Assembly: GCA_963667725.2 (NCBI GenBank)
Contig: CAXXHO010000005.1
Span: 960,001 to 1,024,000 of the forward strand
Direction of reading: 5' to 3'
From: Treponemataceae bacterium
Lineage (GTDB): Bacteria; Spirochaetota; Spirochaetia; Treponematales; Rectinemataceae
Length of the DNA: 64,000 nucleotides
In this document: in pieces, positions 17,318-27,383 of the stretch
Position numbering within the stretch: position 1 is the first letter of the stretch
Layout of the letters: every line of letters starts with the position of its first letter
Translations under genes and position numbers: made by a program
The notes under the pieces: generated by a model
The model's input: the letters and a program-made list of their open reading frames with translations, nothing else
The model's database searches: none
Told to the model about the DNA's origin: nothing

Positions 17318-18379
17318 GCCGGCTGCTGTTTCCGCAGGTCCTTTATGATCCTGTCGGAAGCCAGCTTGCCCGTCAGGATGGAGATGGGCAGTCCCGAAGG
17401 GCTGAACGACCACTGTCCGGCCTGGTAGACACCGGGAATAGGTGTCAGGACAGAGCGGGCGACCGATGGAAGGCTGTGTACGGCCGGCATGCCGTCGTTG
17501 GTGAATGCCCAGCCGGTGATGGCCTCGTCGGTGTTCCCCGTGATAGCCTCGATGGTCAGCGGCGTCGAGGTGAAGCTGTCGAGCACGGCGGCTTTCAGTC
17601 CGGGGAAAATCGCCGCTTCCAGCACCTCCACGATGCGGTCGGCGCAGAAATCCTTGAATTCATCGTACCAGCCCAGATCCCTGAAATGTCTGACCAAGGA
17701 ATAATCCATAAGCGAACTGATGATGAGCCCTGTCTTTCCCTCAGGCGCCAGGCTTGGGTCCCTCAGGGCAGGGCAGGATATCTCGTAGGTGGTATAGTCC
17801 AAGTAGCGCCCGAGCCAGTCGAAGAGCTTCTGCCTGTCTCCCGTCAGGGAGGGCTGGCTTGCGGAGACCGTTTCGCCGGGAACCTGGAGTTCCGCCCAGG
17901 GGACGGCGGATAATCCTTCCGTGAGGGGCGTCTAGAAGAAATGGGCGCTGGCGATCCGCGAAAAATAATCGGGCGGGAGATCCAGGGCAGAATGGTCTTG
18001 AAGACGTATTGGGGGTCGCTCTTGAGGTCGAGGAAGAGCGGATTGTCGATGCCGTAGAGCACTTCCATGTACTCCATCACTCGGGCGATTTCGCCGGAGG
18101 AAAGCTTGACAATCTCGTCGCCAAAACCAATTGATACGGTGCTGGGGAGAAAGTCGAGGTCTATCCCGAGCTGCTTCAGCATCGGGAGGACGATGCCGGA
18201 ATTTTCTATGGCGCGGATTCCTCCGTCGAAGGTGAAGCCGCCGCGGTTGAAGGAAGTGACGAGGCCGCCGATGTTTTTTCTTTTTCAAGGAGGATTGTTC
18301 CGAGGCCGGCCTTGCACAGGAAGGCCGCGGCGGTGAGGCCTGCCATCCCCCCGCCCACGATCACTACGTCATGCCGCAT
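17314..18379 (-). pseudogene. Phytoene desaturase-like NAD(P)/FAD oxidoreductase, frameshifted and internally deleted
   Basis: Starts MRHDVVIVGGGMAGLTAA. The frame breaks in the A-run near 18275 (EKEK then IGGLVTSF in another frame). The C-terminal fragment keeps DPSLAPEGK, TPLT and GVYQAGQW...GLP. Total length is far below a full-length family member. Confidence 0.8.
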
Positions 18380-18552
18380 GCTGCCCCCGATCGCTTACAG
18401 ATATTGCTGTAAATGCATGATACAATATATAGAAGCAAAGTCAACCGAAGCCTTTTCTCGAAAAGGCTTGCCTTGAAAGCCCGCGGATTTGGGCGTACGC
18501 TGTTGGCGCGGGTTTCATGCCCGCCGCGCATCCGATCGGCAGAAGGATAACC

Positions 18553-19215
18553 ATGAGAAAAGCGAATATCGTTGTAGTGCTTTTGGCGACGCTCGCCGTC
18601 GCGGGCGGATACGCGTCAGGGGAAAAAGGCGGATCCGCTGACGTCGTATCGAGCCCGAGCGCGTCCGGAAAGGAAATGCCCGCGATAACGGATTCGCTCA
18701 AGCCCGTCGGCGACGGAGCGCGGACGCTCGTCGTCTACTTTTCGCAAGGGGCGGCGACCAGAAGCGTGGCCGAGGACTTCGGCATTCTTTTGGGCGCGGA
18801 TATGGAGCCTATCGTCGAGAAAAAGACACGATCGACGGGGCTGTTCAACTTCATGCGCTCCGGATATCAGGCCACGTTCAGAATCGCGAGCCCCATCGTC
18901 TCTCCCCTTCGGGACCCCTCCTCCTATGACAGAGTGATCGTTCTCACGCCGGTATGGTCCTGGAACCTCTGTCCGCCTGTGCGCTCCTGGCTCAGGCTGA
19001 TGAAGGGAAAGCTCCCAGCCGCCGCCTTCGTGACGGTTTCGGGCGATACCGACCCCGACAAGATCGTCGCGGCCATGACAAAAGAATCGGGAACCGAACC
19101 CCGCGCCGTCGCCGGTTTCCGCGACAAGGATTTTCTTCCTGAAAACCGCGCCGTCTATATCGGGAAAATCGCTGACCTCTGCATGACCGGTTTCGGCATC
19201 GCGGGCCTGCGATGA
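18553..19215 (+). CDS. Flavodoxin-like protein with N-terminal signal peptide
   Basis: LVVYFSQGAATRSVA and YDRVIVLTPVW motifs; signal-like N-terminus MRKANIVVVLLATLAVAGG. Confidence 0.7.
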   Translation: MRKANIVVVLLATLAVAGGYASGEKGGSADVVSSPSASGKEMPAITDSLKPVGDGARTLVVYFSQGAATRSVAEDFGILLGADMEPIVEKKTRSTGLFNFMRSGYQATFRIASPIVSPLRDPSSYDRVIVLTPVWSWNLCPPVRSWLRLMKGKLPAAAFVTVSGDTDPDKIVAAMTKESGTEPRAVAGFRDKDFLPENRAVYIGKIADLCMTGFGIAGLR

Positions 19216-21443
19216 GCCCAGTAAGGTCGGAAAGCATGAAAGCGATACTGGTTCAGCCGCCCTTTACCCAGCTCAACGCGCCCTATCCGGCGGTTCACTG
19301 CCTCGAAGCCTTTCTCCGCGGCCGAGGCGCGTTGGCAGTCTCCTATGACCATTCGATCGATCTCTACCGCCGAATTTTTTCGAGGAAGGGGCTGACGAAA
19401 GTGTTCGCCGACGCGCGCGCGGCCCTCGCGGCGCAAGCCGCTTTGGGGAGCGAAGAATCGAGGACGCAGGTCGAGCGCTACTTTTCTTATGAAAGGCTTT
19501 ACATCGAATGGATCGACAGCATCACGGACTTTCTCTCGGGGAGCGATCCCGCCATGGCGCATCGGCTGGCTTCGGCGGTCGAACTGCCTCAGGGCGCGCG
19601 TGCCAAGGCTTTCCTGGATGAGCGCGACGGGCGCATCGGTCCCGACGAGGCTCGTTCGCTCGCCACCCGCATCCTCGACGACCTGGGAGACTTCATTGCC
19701 TACGCCCTCGATCCCGCCTTCGGCACGGTACGCTACGCCGAGCGCCTCGCCTCCAGCCGCGCCGACTTCGGCGAGGTGCGCCGCGCGCTCGATTCGTCGT
19801 GGCTAATAAAAGAGTTTTATGTACCGATGCTCGAAGAATTCTGGACGGCGCGCGCGGCCGAGGCTTCCCGGGAACCCATCGACCTTATCCTCATAACCAT
19901 ACCCTTTCCCGGCTGCCTCATCGGGGCCCTGGCCTGCGCGCGGGTCGCGCGCGGGGTTTTCGGCGCTCATGACTCGGGGCCGCGCATCGTTTTCGGCGGC
20001 GGCTATGTCTCCACGGAACTGAGAGGCCTTCGCGATACGGGCATTTTTGACTTCTGCGACTATCTCTCCTTCGACGCTGGCTACGGGAGTCTCGCTTCCA
20101 TCATAGACAAGGTCCCGGCGCCCTATAAAACCATGACGCGCCGCGGCGACGATGATGTGCTTTTCAACGACGGCGCGTCGGAGGAGAAGTACAGGCTTCT
20201 GGAGCGCGAGGCCGTGACCACTATATTTCCCGATTTCCGCAGCGTCGATTTCGGCGCCTACCTGAGGATTGTCGACTCCGAGAACCCGATGCACCGGCTC
20301 TGGTCGGATACGCCATGGCTCAAATACAGCCTCGCGCACGGCTGTTACTGGCGGCGCTGCTCCTTCTGCGACACCGAACTCGAGTATGTCTCGGACTTCG
20401 CGCGCTCCAGCACCCAAGCCCTGCTCGCCGCTGCCGGCGAGGCAAGCGCGCGCAGCGGCCTCTACGGCATACACTTCGTGGATGAGGCCATGCCCATGGC
20501 CTCCCTCCTCGACTTCGCCCGCGTCAATCGCGCGCGCGCTTCCGGCGGCGAGCGACCCTTCTCCTACTGGGGGAATGTCCGCTTCGACGCCTCGTGGACA
20601 CAGGGCCGCTGCGAATTCCTGGCCGCCTCGGGGCTCGTCGCCGTTTCGGGCGGAATCGAGATCGCGACCGAGCGCGGACTCCGCATGACCGACAAGGGCT
20701 TCGACCTGGCGAGCCTCGTCCGGACCCTCGTCGCGATGAGGCGGGCCGGTCTTCTCGTGCATACCTACCTGATCTACGGCTTTCCGGGACAGCCTGTCGG
20801 TGACATCGTTGACTCGGCGGAGTTCTGCCGCCAGCTCTTCGCCTCGGGCCTCGTGGATTCCGCCTTCTGGCATCGCTTCGTGCTCACGAGACATTCGCGC
20901 ATGTACAGGGAGTGGCGGGACGGAAAGCGGCAGGCGCTCAAGCCTTCGGACAAGCCCTGGCGTTTCGCCAACAACGACCTGTCCTTCGCGGGAGAGGAAG
21001 CCTTCGACCGCTTCGACGCCCCCCTCGCGGCTGCCCTTTCCTCCTGGATGGAGGGCAGCGGGTTGGACATGCCCGTATCGACCTGGCTCGGCAGAGGCCT
21101 CCCCAAGGCATCCATCTCCCCCGACCTCGCGGAAACCCTCATCGCTTCGGCCGAGGAAGCCCTCGACGCAACTGTCCCCGCGCCGAACGCCCGAGCGTTC
21201 TGGATTGCGGGCCTGCCGATAGTAACCCCATCGTCATCAGGACAGGCTAGTTTGAAGTGGGTATACAGGGGCGATCTGCGATCGGTAGTCCTCTCTGTGG
21301 AGATGGCCGAAAAAGCCCGCCGCGCGCTCTCGTCGCCCGAGCTCTCCATCGCGGGGATGCCCCTCGCGGAACTCGACGCAGCGTTGGACCTGCCGCGCGC
21401 GATCATGGCGGAGTTTCTGTCGGGCGGTCTAGCTCTCGCCTAA
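19212..21443 (+). CDS. Radical SAM protein with B12-binding-like N-terminal region
   Basis: CYWRRCSFC, FVDE, GGIE and YLIYGFP motifs; N-terminal PPFTQLNAPYP and FGGGY. Alternative start at 19236. Confidence 0.85.
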   Translation: MSPVRSESMKAILVQPPFTQLNAPYPAVHCLEAFLRGRGALAVSYDHSIDLYRRIFSRKGLTKVFADARAALAAQAALGSEESRTQVERYFSYERLYIEWIDSITDFLSGSDPAMAHRLASAVELPQGARAKAFLDERDGRIGPDEARSLATRILDDLGDFIAYALDPAFGTVRYAERLASSRADFGEVRRALDSSWLIKEFYVPMLEEFWTARAAEASREPIDLILITIPFPGCLIGALACARVARGVFGAHDSGPRIVFGGGYVSTELRGLRDTGIFDFCDYLSFDAGYGSLASIIDKVPAPYKTMTRRGDDDVLFNDGASEEKYRLLEREAVTTIFPDFRSVDFGAYLRIVDSENPMHRLWSDTPWLKYSLAHGCYWRRCSFCDTELEYVSDFARSSTQALLAAAGEASARSGLYGIHFVDEAMPMASLLDFARVNRARASGGERPFSYWGNVRFDASWTQGRCEFLAASGLVAVSGGIEIATERGLRMTDKGFDLASLVRTLVAMRRAGLLVHTYLIYGFPGQPVGDIVDSAEFCRQLFASGLVDSAFWHRFVLTRHSRMYREWRDGKRQALKPSDKPWRFANNDLSFAGEEAFDRFDAPLAAALSSWMEGSGLDMPVSTWLGRGLPKASISPDLAETLIASAEEALDATVPAPNARAFWIAGLPIVTPSSSGQASLKWVYRGDLRSVVLSVEMAEKARRALSSPELSIAGMPLAELDAALDLPRAIMAEFLSGGLALA

Positions 21444-21525
21444 GCTGCTGATAAATTCCTTATATCAATAAACACAAACTCATTCTTCACCGCATCCCCG
21501 GCGCGAGTTGAAAGTAAATTTTTTA

Positions 21526-21553
21526 TTGACAAACTCAGAATATGTGGTAAAAT
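21526..21553 (+). promoter_or_regulatory. sigma70-type promoter of the IclR operon
   Basis: TTGACA-N16-TAAAAT in an AT-rich intergenic region. Confidence 0.6.
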
Positions 21554-21590
21554 GAACTAATAGTACGCCTGGTGAACTATTGGAGTAGTC

Positions 21591-22430
21591 ATGGAAAAAG
21601 AGGGATCGCTCGTTAGGGCTTTGGAGCGTGGGATAAAAGTGCTTTTCGCGCTCGAGTCCGCCGGAAAGCCTTTAAGCCTCAGGGAACTCGCGGCTGCGAT
21701 AGAGCTCTCGAATGCCACGACTTTGCGCATGATCGCCACGCTTGAGGAGTATGGTCTCGTTGAAAAAGCTCACGCCGGTTATAGACTAGGACTCTCCGTA
21801 CTCCCTCTTACGCATGGGTATCTTCTCGGAAATGAACTGACGCTGGCATCATTGCCGGTTCTCCAAGACTTGGCGAGAAGTACAGGGGAAGCGGTTTCCC
21901 TCTTTGTTCGATTCGGCTTCGAACGCATCGTCATTCAGCGCGTCGATGGTCCCGCTGCATTGCGCTACCTCTATCCTGCCGGGCAGCGACTGCCCTTGTT
22001 CCTCGGTGTCGGTAAGGTGCTAGCCGCCGCCATGCAGCCTAATGAGCTCGAATACCTCCTTGAAATCGCCTGCAAGACCAGGTTGGCTACGGGCGAGCCT
22101 TTTCTCCGCTCCAAATTCCTGGAGGAGATGGAGCAGATCAGAAAAGTCAAGTTCGCGATTTCCAGAAATGAACGTGTTATGGGTGTGGCTTCGGTAGCCG
22201 CTCCAATCGTCAACGCCTCGGGCGCCACGATTGCCGCTGTGAGCATAGCTGGCCCCTCGGATCGCATGACCATGGAAAAGCTCAACGAATTGTCGGTGGA
22301 GATCAGGAGAGGAGCAAAAGCGATATCTGACCAATGCGGATACGCGGAAAGTCCCGTCGTCGCAGGCGGAAGGCCTGGGTTCCCGGGCGAGGTCACGGCA
22401 GCGCGTCGATCGACCGACTACACCATGTGA
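21591..22430 (+). CDS. IclR family transcriptional regulator
   Basis: N-terminal HTH (RALERG...LRELA...TTLR); GKVLA and SVAAPI...AAVSIAGP motifs. Confidence 0.92.
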   Translation: MEKEGSLVRALERGIKVLFALESAGKPLSLRELAAAIELSNATTLRMIATLEEYGLVEKAHAGYRLGLSVLPLTHGYLLGNELTLASLPVLQDLARSTGEAVSLFVRFGFERIVIQRVDGPAALRYLYPAGQRLPLFLGVGKVLAAAMQPNELEYLLEIACKTRLATGEPFLRSKFLEEMEQIRKVKFAISRNERVMGVASVAAPIVNASGATIAAVSIAGPSDRMTMEKLNELSVEIRRGAKAISDQCGYAESPVVAGGRPGFPGEVTAARRSTDYTM

Positions 22431-22469
22431 GCGCGATCCTCACGACTAAAAAGCATAACGGGGGAAGTG

Positions 22470-23441
22470 ATGAAGAAGTATTCCGTCGTGGTCACCGGCA
22501 AAATCGCCGATGAAGCCATGAAAATTTTGGAGCCAGCCTGCGAGGTCGTATGCACAAAACCTTATTGTCCCGAAGATGATTTCGCGGCGCTTATGGCCGA
22601 GGTCAAAGCCGACGCCCTCATTGTTCGAGGTGTGGCGGGGAAAGTTTCCAAGAAGATCATGGAGGCATCGGGTCGGCTTCGTGTTATCGCGAAGCATGGC
22701 GTAGGCACGGACAATATCGATGTCGCCGCCGCGACGTCCTTGGGAATTCCCGTCCTCAATACGCCAGAAGCAAATTTCGAAGCTGTCGCCGAGCACGTTC
22801 TCGGTATGGTCTTGAGTCTGGCGAAAGATCTCGCGAAACAGGACGCGCGTGTGCGCGGCGGTTTCTGGGACAAACTCGACTATCGCGGCATGGAGCTCAA
22901 TGAAAAGACTCTAGGCCTCGTGGGGTTCGGGAGAATCGGGCGACGTCTGCGAGAACTTGTGGCTCCGCTTAACATGAAGGTGCTCGTCTATGATCCCTTC
23001 CTGCCGGTCGATGCTAGGACAGGCGACGTGATGTGGGTCGATGCGCTCGACGATCTTCTGGAAGCCTCGGACATCGTAAGTCTGCATTGCCCGCTCACGG
23101 ACAAGACCAGGGGCATGATTGGGGCCAAGCAGTTTGAGAAGATGCGGCGTTCCGCTTTCCTCATCAATACAGCGAGAGGGCCAATCATCAACGAGGAAGA
23201 TCTCGTGGTGGCGCTCAAGGAAAGTAAAATCGCAGGGGTCGGTATGGACACTTTCGCGAAAGAGCCTCCTGAACATGTTGCCGAAATCGCGGAAGCGGGG
23301 AAAGCCCTTTTCACCCCCCACCTCGGAGCAGCCACCGAAGAAGCCTTTATCCGTATGGGCGTTGGCGCGGCGCAAGGCGTGCTCCATGTGCTGGAGGGAC
23401 AGGCCCCTGATCCCGGATGCCATGTAAACCGTAAAAAGTGA
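22470..23441 (+). CDS. D-isomer-specific 2-hydroxyacid dehydrogenase (SerA-like, no ACT domain)
   Basis: GVGTDNID, GFGRIG, SLHCP, INTARG and TPHLG motifs. Confidence 0.92.
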   Translation: MKKYSVVVTGKIADEAMKILEPACEVVCTKPYCPEDDFAALMAEVKADALIVRGVAGKVSKKIMEASGRLRVIAKHGVGTDNIDVAAATSLGIPVLNTPEANFEAVAEHVLGMVLSLAKDLAKQDARVRGGFWDKLDYRGMELNEKTLGLVGFGRIGRRLRELVAPLNMKVLVYDPFLPVDARTGDVMWVDALDDLLEASDIVSLHCPLTDKTRGMIGAKQFEKMRRSAFLINTARGPIINEEDLVVALKESKIAGVGMDTFAKEPPEHVAEIAEAGKALFTPHLGAATEEAFIRMGVGAAQGVLHVLEGQAPDPGCHVNRKK

Positions 23442-23454
23442 AAGGAGCAGAAAA

Positions 23455-23934
23455 ATGACCAAAAGAGTTCATCAGGGTACAGCCATTGGCGGCATCGCTA
23501 TCGCGATCTCCATCATAGTTGGATCCTTGGAATTGCAGTTCTATACAAGATTGGGTCCTGGACCCGGATTCTTTCCTCTCATACTCGCCGTCATTTTTGG
23601 CATTCTTTCCCTCGTTTGGCTCATTCAGTCGACAGTATATAAATCCGAATCGGGCGAAAAAAAGTTCCTTCCAGATAAAGCCGCGCTTGCGAGGATAGGC
23701 GCTATCGTCGTCAGCCTTATCGGGGTGAGAATTCTGATGAACCCGCTCGGCTATCAGCTTACGATGTTCATGTTTCTCTTCATTCTAATCAAGTTCCTCG
23801 GTAAGAGGAAACTTGTCGAAACGGTGATTGTATCGTTATTTGGAAGCGTTGGCGTTTATTATCTATTCGGGAAAGTCTTAGGTCTCCTGCTCCCGACTTC
23901 TTCAATCGCTTTCTTGGCCGCGATCGGGCTTTAG
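23455..23934 (+). CDS. tctB: Tripartite tricarboxylate transporter TctB
   Basis: GPGPGFFP motif, TM-rich, precedes tctA. Confidence 0.85.
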   Translation: MTKRVHQGTAIGGIAIAISIIVGSLELQFYTRLGPGPGFFPLILAVIFGILSLVWLIQSTVYKSESGEKKFLPDKAALARIGAIVVSLIGVRILMNPLGYQLTMFMFLFILIKFLGKRKLVETVIVSLFGSVGVYYLFGKVLGLLLPTSSIAFLAAIGL

Positions 23935-23943
23935 GAGAAATTC

Positions 23944-25446
23944 ATGGAATCGTTCAGCAATTTATTGATGGGGTTTTCTGTCGCCCTCCAGCCAGGGAAC
24001 CTGCTTCTCGCTTTTCTCGGTTCGGCGCTTGGTACCTTGATTGGCGTTCTGCCCGGTATTGGACCTTCGGCTGGCGCCGCGATTCTAATTCCCCTTACAT
24101 TCCAGATGGATCCGACGGGCGCCATCATAATGCTCACCGCGCTATTTTATGGCACGCAATACGGCGGCACAATCACCTCGGTGCTCCTTAACGTCCCCGG
24201 CGAAGCAGCCTCAGCCATCACTTGCTTAGACGGCTATGAACTCGCAAAGCAGGGCAAAGCCGGAACAGCTCTCTCCCTGGCGGCAATCGGCTCTTTTATT
24301 GGTGGACTATTCGCGACTATATGCCTCGTCTTGGCGGCGGCGCCTTTAACAAAAATGGCACTTCAGTTTGGCCCTGTCGAATCCTTCGCTCTTCTCACCG
24401 TCGGCCTCTCCCTCGTGATGGGACTGGCGGGAAAATCGATGGTGAAAGCTTTGATGATGGGTGTTCTGGGACTCCTCCTTTCGATGGTAGGACTGGATCC
24501 TGTGCGAGGAATGCCTCGATTCACTTTTGGCCGGCTCGAACTCATGGAAGGCCTTGATTTTGTGCCTGTCATCATGGGTATATTCGGGCTGGCGGAAGTC
24601 CTCGCCAACGCCGAAGAGGGATTCGGCGAGATAACCCTCGCGAAAATGAGCTCGCTCTTTCCCTCAAGGAGCGATTTAAAACGATCGGTAAAGCCGATAA
24701 TCCGTGGAAGCTTGATAGGGACAGGGCTTGGACTTATCCCGGGCATGACCGGCTCCGCCGCTTCTTTTCTTTCCTATATAACCGAGAAGAAATCATCCAA
24801 GACGCCCGAAAAATTCGGAACAGGAATGGTCGAAGGCGTTGTAGGCCCCGAGACGGCGAATAATGCGCACGCCAACGGCGCGCTGATCCCTCTTTTCACG
24901 CTCGGCATTCCCTCGTCGCCCACGGTCGCCGTCATCATGGGCGCTTTTATGATGCATGGACTCGTCCCCGGCCCATTTCTTTTTACCGAACATCCTGACA
25001 TCGCTTGGGGTGTGATCGCGAGCTTTGTCATCGGCAATATCATTCTATTAATTCTCAACCTCCCTCTGATCAGAATCTGGGTGAAAATCCTTAAAATTCC
25101 TTACGGACTGCTATTCGCGGTAATTCTTGGCTTTATGGTCCTTGGCGCCTTCAGCGTGAACAACAGCGTTTTCGATATCATGATCATGCTCGGCTTCGGT
25201 CTCTTCGCATTCTTCATGAAGAAAATGGATTTCCCGATGGCTCCTCTCATCCTTACCCTGATCCTGGGACCGCAGATGGAAAGAGCCTTAAGACAGTCCC
25301 TCGAAATCAGCCAAGGCTCGTTCTCCATTTTCATCGAAACGCCGCTTTCGGCGATCCTTTTTGTTCTAGCCGTGATCATTTTAATAGCGCCAGCCTTTAA
25401 ATCGCTCAGAAAACGAAAGGAGAAGGTTTCCGGGGAAGGCGCATGA
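23944..25446 (+). CDS. tctA: Tripartite tricarboxylate transporter TctA
   Basis: GVLPGIG, YGG.ITS.L.N.PG, PETANNA and LGIP motifs. Confidence 0.95.
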   Translation: MESFSNLLMGFSVALQPGNLLLAFLGSALGTLIGVLPGIGPSAGAAILIPLTFQMDPTGAIIMLTALFYGTQYGGTITSVLLNVPGEAASAITCLDGYELAKQGKAGTALSLAAIGSFIGGLFATICLVLAAAPLTKMALQFGPVESFALLTVGLSLVMGLAGKSMVKALMMGVLGLLLSMVGLDPVRGMPRFTFGRLELMEGLDFVPVIMGIFGLAEVLANAEEGFGEITLAKMSSLFPSRSDLKRSVKPIIRGSLIGTGLGLIPGMTGSAASFLSYITEKKSSKTPEKFGTGMVEGVVGPETANNAHANGALIPLFTLGIPSSPTVAVIMGAFMMHGLVPGPFLFTEHPDIAWGVIASFVIGNIILLILNLPLIRIWVKILKIPYGLLFAVILGFMVLGAFSVNNSVFDIMIMLGFGLFAFFMKKMDFPMAPLILTLILGPQMERALRQSLEISQGSFSIFIETPLSAILFVLAVIILIAPAFKSLRKRKEKVSGEGA

Positions 25447-25526
25447 ATGAATCTTGCCATGGCGCGTATTTCATATCGGCAGTAAGGACGAATATCGTCC
25501 TATAAATATTTTAGGAGGCTTTTGAA

Positions 25527-26513
25527 ATGAACTGCAAAAAATCGCATGGATTCATGGTGACTGTGGCTGTGGCCGCTCTCTTTGCTCTCTGTCTAGCGCC
25601 CCTCTCCGCTCAAGCCAGTTGGCCTGCTAAGGGCAAATCCATCCAGCTCTGGATCGGCTACGCCGCTGGTTCTGGAACCGATGCCGGAGCGCGCCTGATG
25701 GCCGCGGGGCTCGAGAAGGAGCTTGGCGTTTCGATCGTCCCGATGAACAAACCGGGAGCCAGTTCGCAGATAATGTATTCCGAGCTTGCGAAAGCGAAAG
25801 GCGACGGCTATGTTTTCGGCACCATCAACTTTCCCTCGGCCGTCGTTAGCTATATAGACCCCGACCGGAAGGCGACATATACGAAGAAAAACTTCGATCT
25901 TCTGGCCCTCCATATCGTGGACCCGGGGATTATCGCCGTGCTTCCCAACAGTCCCTATAAGACCCTCAGCGACCTCGTGGCGGCAGCCAAGGCTAACCCA
26001 AGGAAGGTCACGATCACGACGTCCGGTATCCAGAGCGATGAGCATTTCGCTCTCCTTCAGCTTCAGGAAATGACCGGCGCGCAGTTCGCTTTCGTCCACT
26101 TCTCGCAGGGTGCGGCTGCGGCAATTGCTCCCTTCCTTGGCGGAAAGGTTGATGCCTATACCGGTAACGTGGCTGATGTTATCGCCCAGTATAAGGCTGG
26201 ACAGGTCAGGATACTTGGCGTCATGGACGATGTTCGCAGCCGCTTTTATCCCGAAGTCCCGACTTTCGAGGAACAGGGCTTTAAGCTCTACAATTCCGCT
26301 AACCGTGGCTATGCCGTTCCCGCCGGAACGCCTAAAGCAATCGTCGATAAGCTGAGCGCCGCCATGAAGAAAGTCATGGAGTCGCCCGAACACATGAAGC
26401 AGGTCGAAGACATGGGTCTTACGCTCCGTTATCTCAATTCCGAGCAATATTCAAAGTTCTGGGACGATTACGCGGAAACTGTCAAACGTCTTCTTCCGCT
26501 GAGTAAGGAATGA
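25527..26513 (+). CDS. tctC: Tripartite tricarboxylate transporter substrate-binding protein TctC (Bug family)
   Basis: Signal peptide; WP.K.I, AGSGTD..AR, NKPGA and VPTF.E.G motifs. Confidence 0.9.
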   Translation: MNCKKSHGFMVTVAVAALFALCLAPLSAQASWPAKGKSIQLWIGYAAGSGTDAGARLMAAGLEKELGVSIVPMNKPGASSQIMYSELAKAKGDGYVFGTINFPSAVVSYIDPDRKATYTKKNFDLLALHIVDPGIIAVLPNSPYKTLSDLVAAAKANPRKVTITTSGIQSDEHFALLQLQEMTGAQFAFVHFSQGAAAAIAPFLGGKVDAYTGNVADVIAQYKAGQVRILGVMDDVRSRFYPEVPTFEEQGFKLYNSANRGYAVPAGTPKAIVDKLSAAMKKVMESPEHMKQVEDMGLTLRYLNSEQYSKFWDDYAETVKRLLPLSKE

Positions 26514-26542
26514 AGATTTTCTAAATTAAGAAAGGAGAATCT

Positions 26543-27241
26543 ATGTCCATTGGCTTCAGAGTATTTTTAAAACGCGACCTTCCGCCTGCGGAACTAGTCG
26601 CGGCGTTCAAAGAGCTTCCGCCGGCTAACGTCGCGGATACGATGAACCGTCTTTGCGCGCTATCTTCCGAGATCATGCTTCTTTCCGCGCCACGGGAGGA
26701 GATTATGGTGGGAGTCGCTCTCACCGTGAAGGCCAGGCCAGGCGATAACCTCATGATTCACAAAGCTCTCAACATGGCCGGTCCCGGCGATGTGGTAGTC
26801 GTGTCGAACGAAGGCGACCGAAGCCAGTCCCTTGTGGGTGAAATCATGGTGACGTACGCAAAATCCAAAGGTATAACTGGGCTGATTTTCGACGGGCCGA
26901 TCCGCGACATTGGAGCCATTTCTGAAATGGATATTCCCGTGTATGCGACGAGCACGACACCTGGCGGTCCTTTCAAGGAAGGCCCAGGGGAAGTCAATGT
27001 GCCCATCGCCTGCGGGGGTGTCTCCATTGAGCCAGGCGATATTGTCCTCGGCGATCAGGATGGCGTGATCATCATTCCTAAGAAAGACGCTGCCGCGGTT
27101 CTCGAGGCTGCTCGCAAGTTTAAGGCGAGCGATAGCGCCAAGCTGCTGGCTGCCCAAAACGGTACGGCCGATCGCAGCTGGGTGGACAAAACGCTCGCAG
27201 CGAAAGGCTGCGAAATAATCGATGGGGCTTTTGGCGACTGA
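26543..27241 (+). CDS. RraA / HMG-CHA aldolase family protein
   Basis: GDNL, GE, DGPIRD and PGD.V.GD.DGV motifs. Confidence 0.88.
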   Translation: MSIGFRVFLKRDLPPAELVAAFKELPPANVADTMNRLCALSSEIMLLSAPREEIMVGVALTVKARPGDNLMIHKALNMAGPGDVVVVSNEGDRSQSLVGEIMVTYAKSKGITGLIFDGPIRDIGAISEMDIPVYATSTTPGGPFKEGPGEVNVPIACGGVSIEPGDIVLGDQDGVIIIPKKDAAAVLEAARKFKASDSAKLLAAQNGTADRSWVDKTLAAKGCEIIDGAFGD

Positions 27242-27267
27242 GCGGAAGCTGAAAAGATCGAATCTTG

Positions 27268-27306
27268 GGGCTGATCGTGGATATTTCCGCGATCAGCCCT
27301 TTCTTT
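27268..27306 (+). terminator. Rho-independent terminator
   Basis: GGGCTGATCGTGG...CCGCGATCAGCCC followed by TTTCTTT. Confidence 0.75.
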
Positions 27307-27320
27307 ATATAAAATTTACG
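27304..27320 (+). promoter_or_regulatory. Putative KdpE-type binding site upstream of trkH
   Basis: TTTATA-TAAAA-TTTACG resembles the E. coli KdpE site TTTATA-N5-TTTACA; a -10-like TAAAGT lies at 27363-27368. Confidence 0.5.
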
Positions 27321-27383
27321 GCAGACCCCAAAAAACCTCCACCATCTTTATATCGCCCTCGCTAAAGTAAGCGTCGAACACCC

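Noticed and set aside
22470..23441. Annotation as serA
   Set aside because: It has no ACT domain and sits in a catabolic transporter operon.
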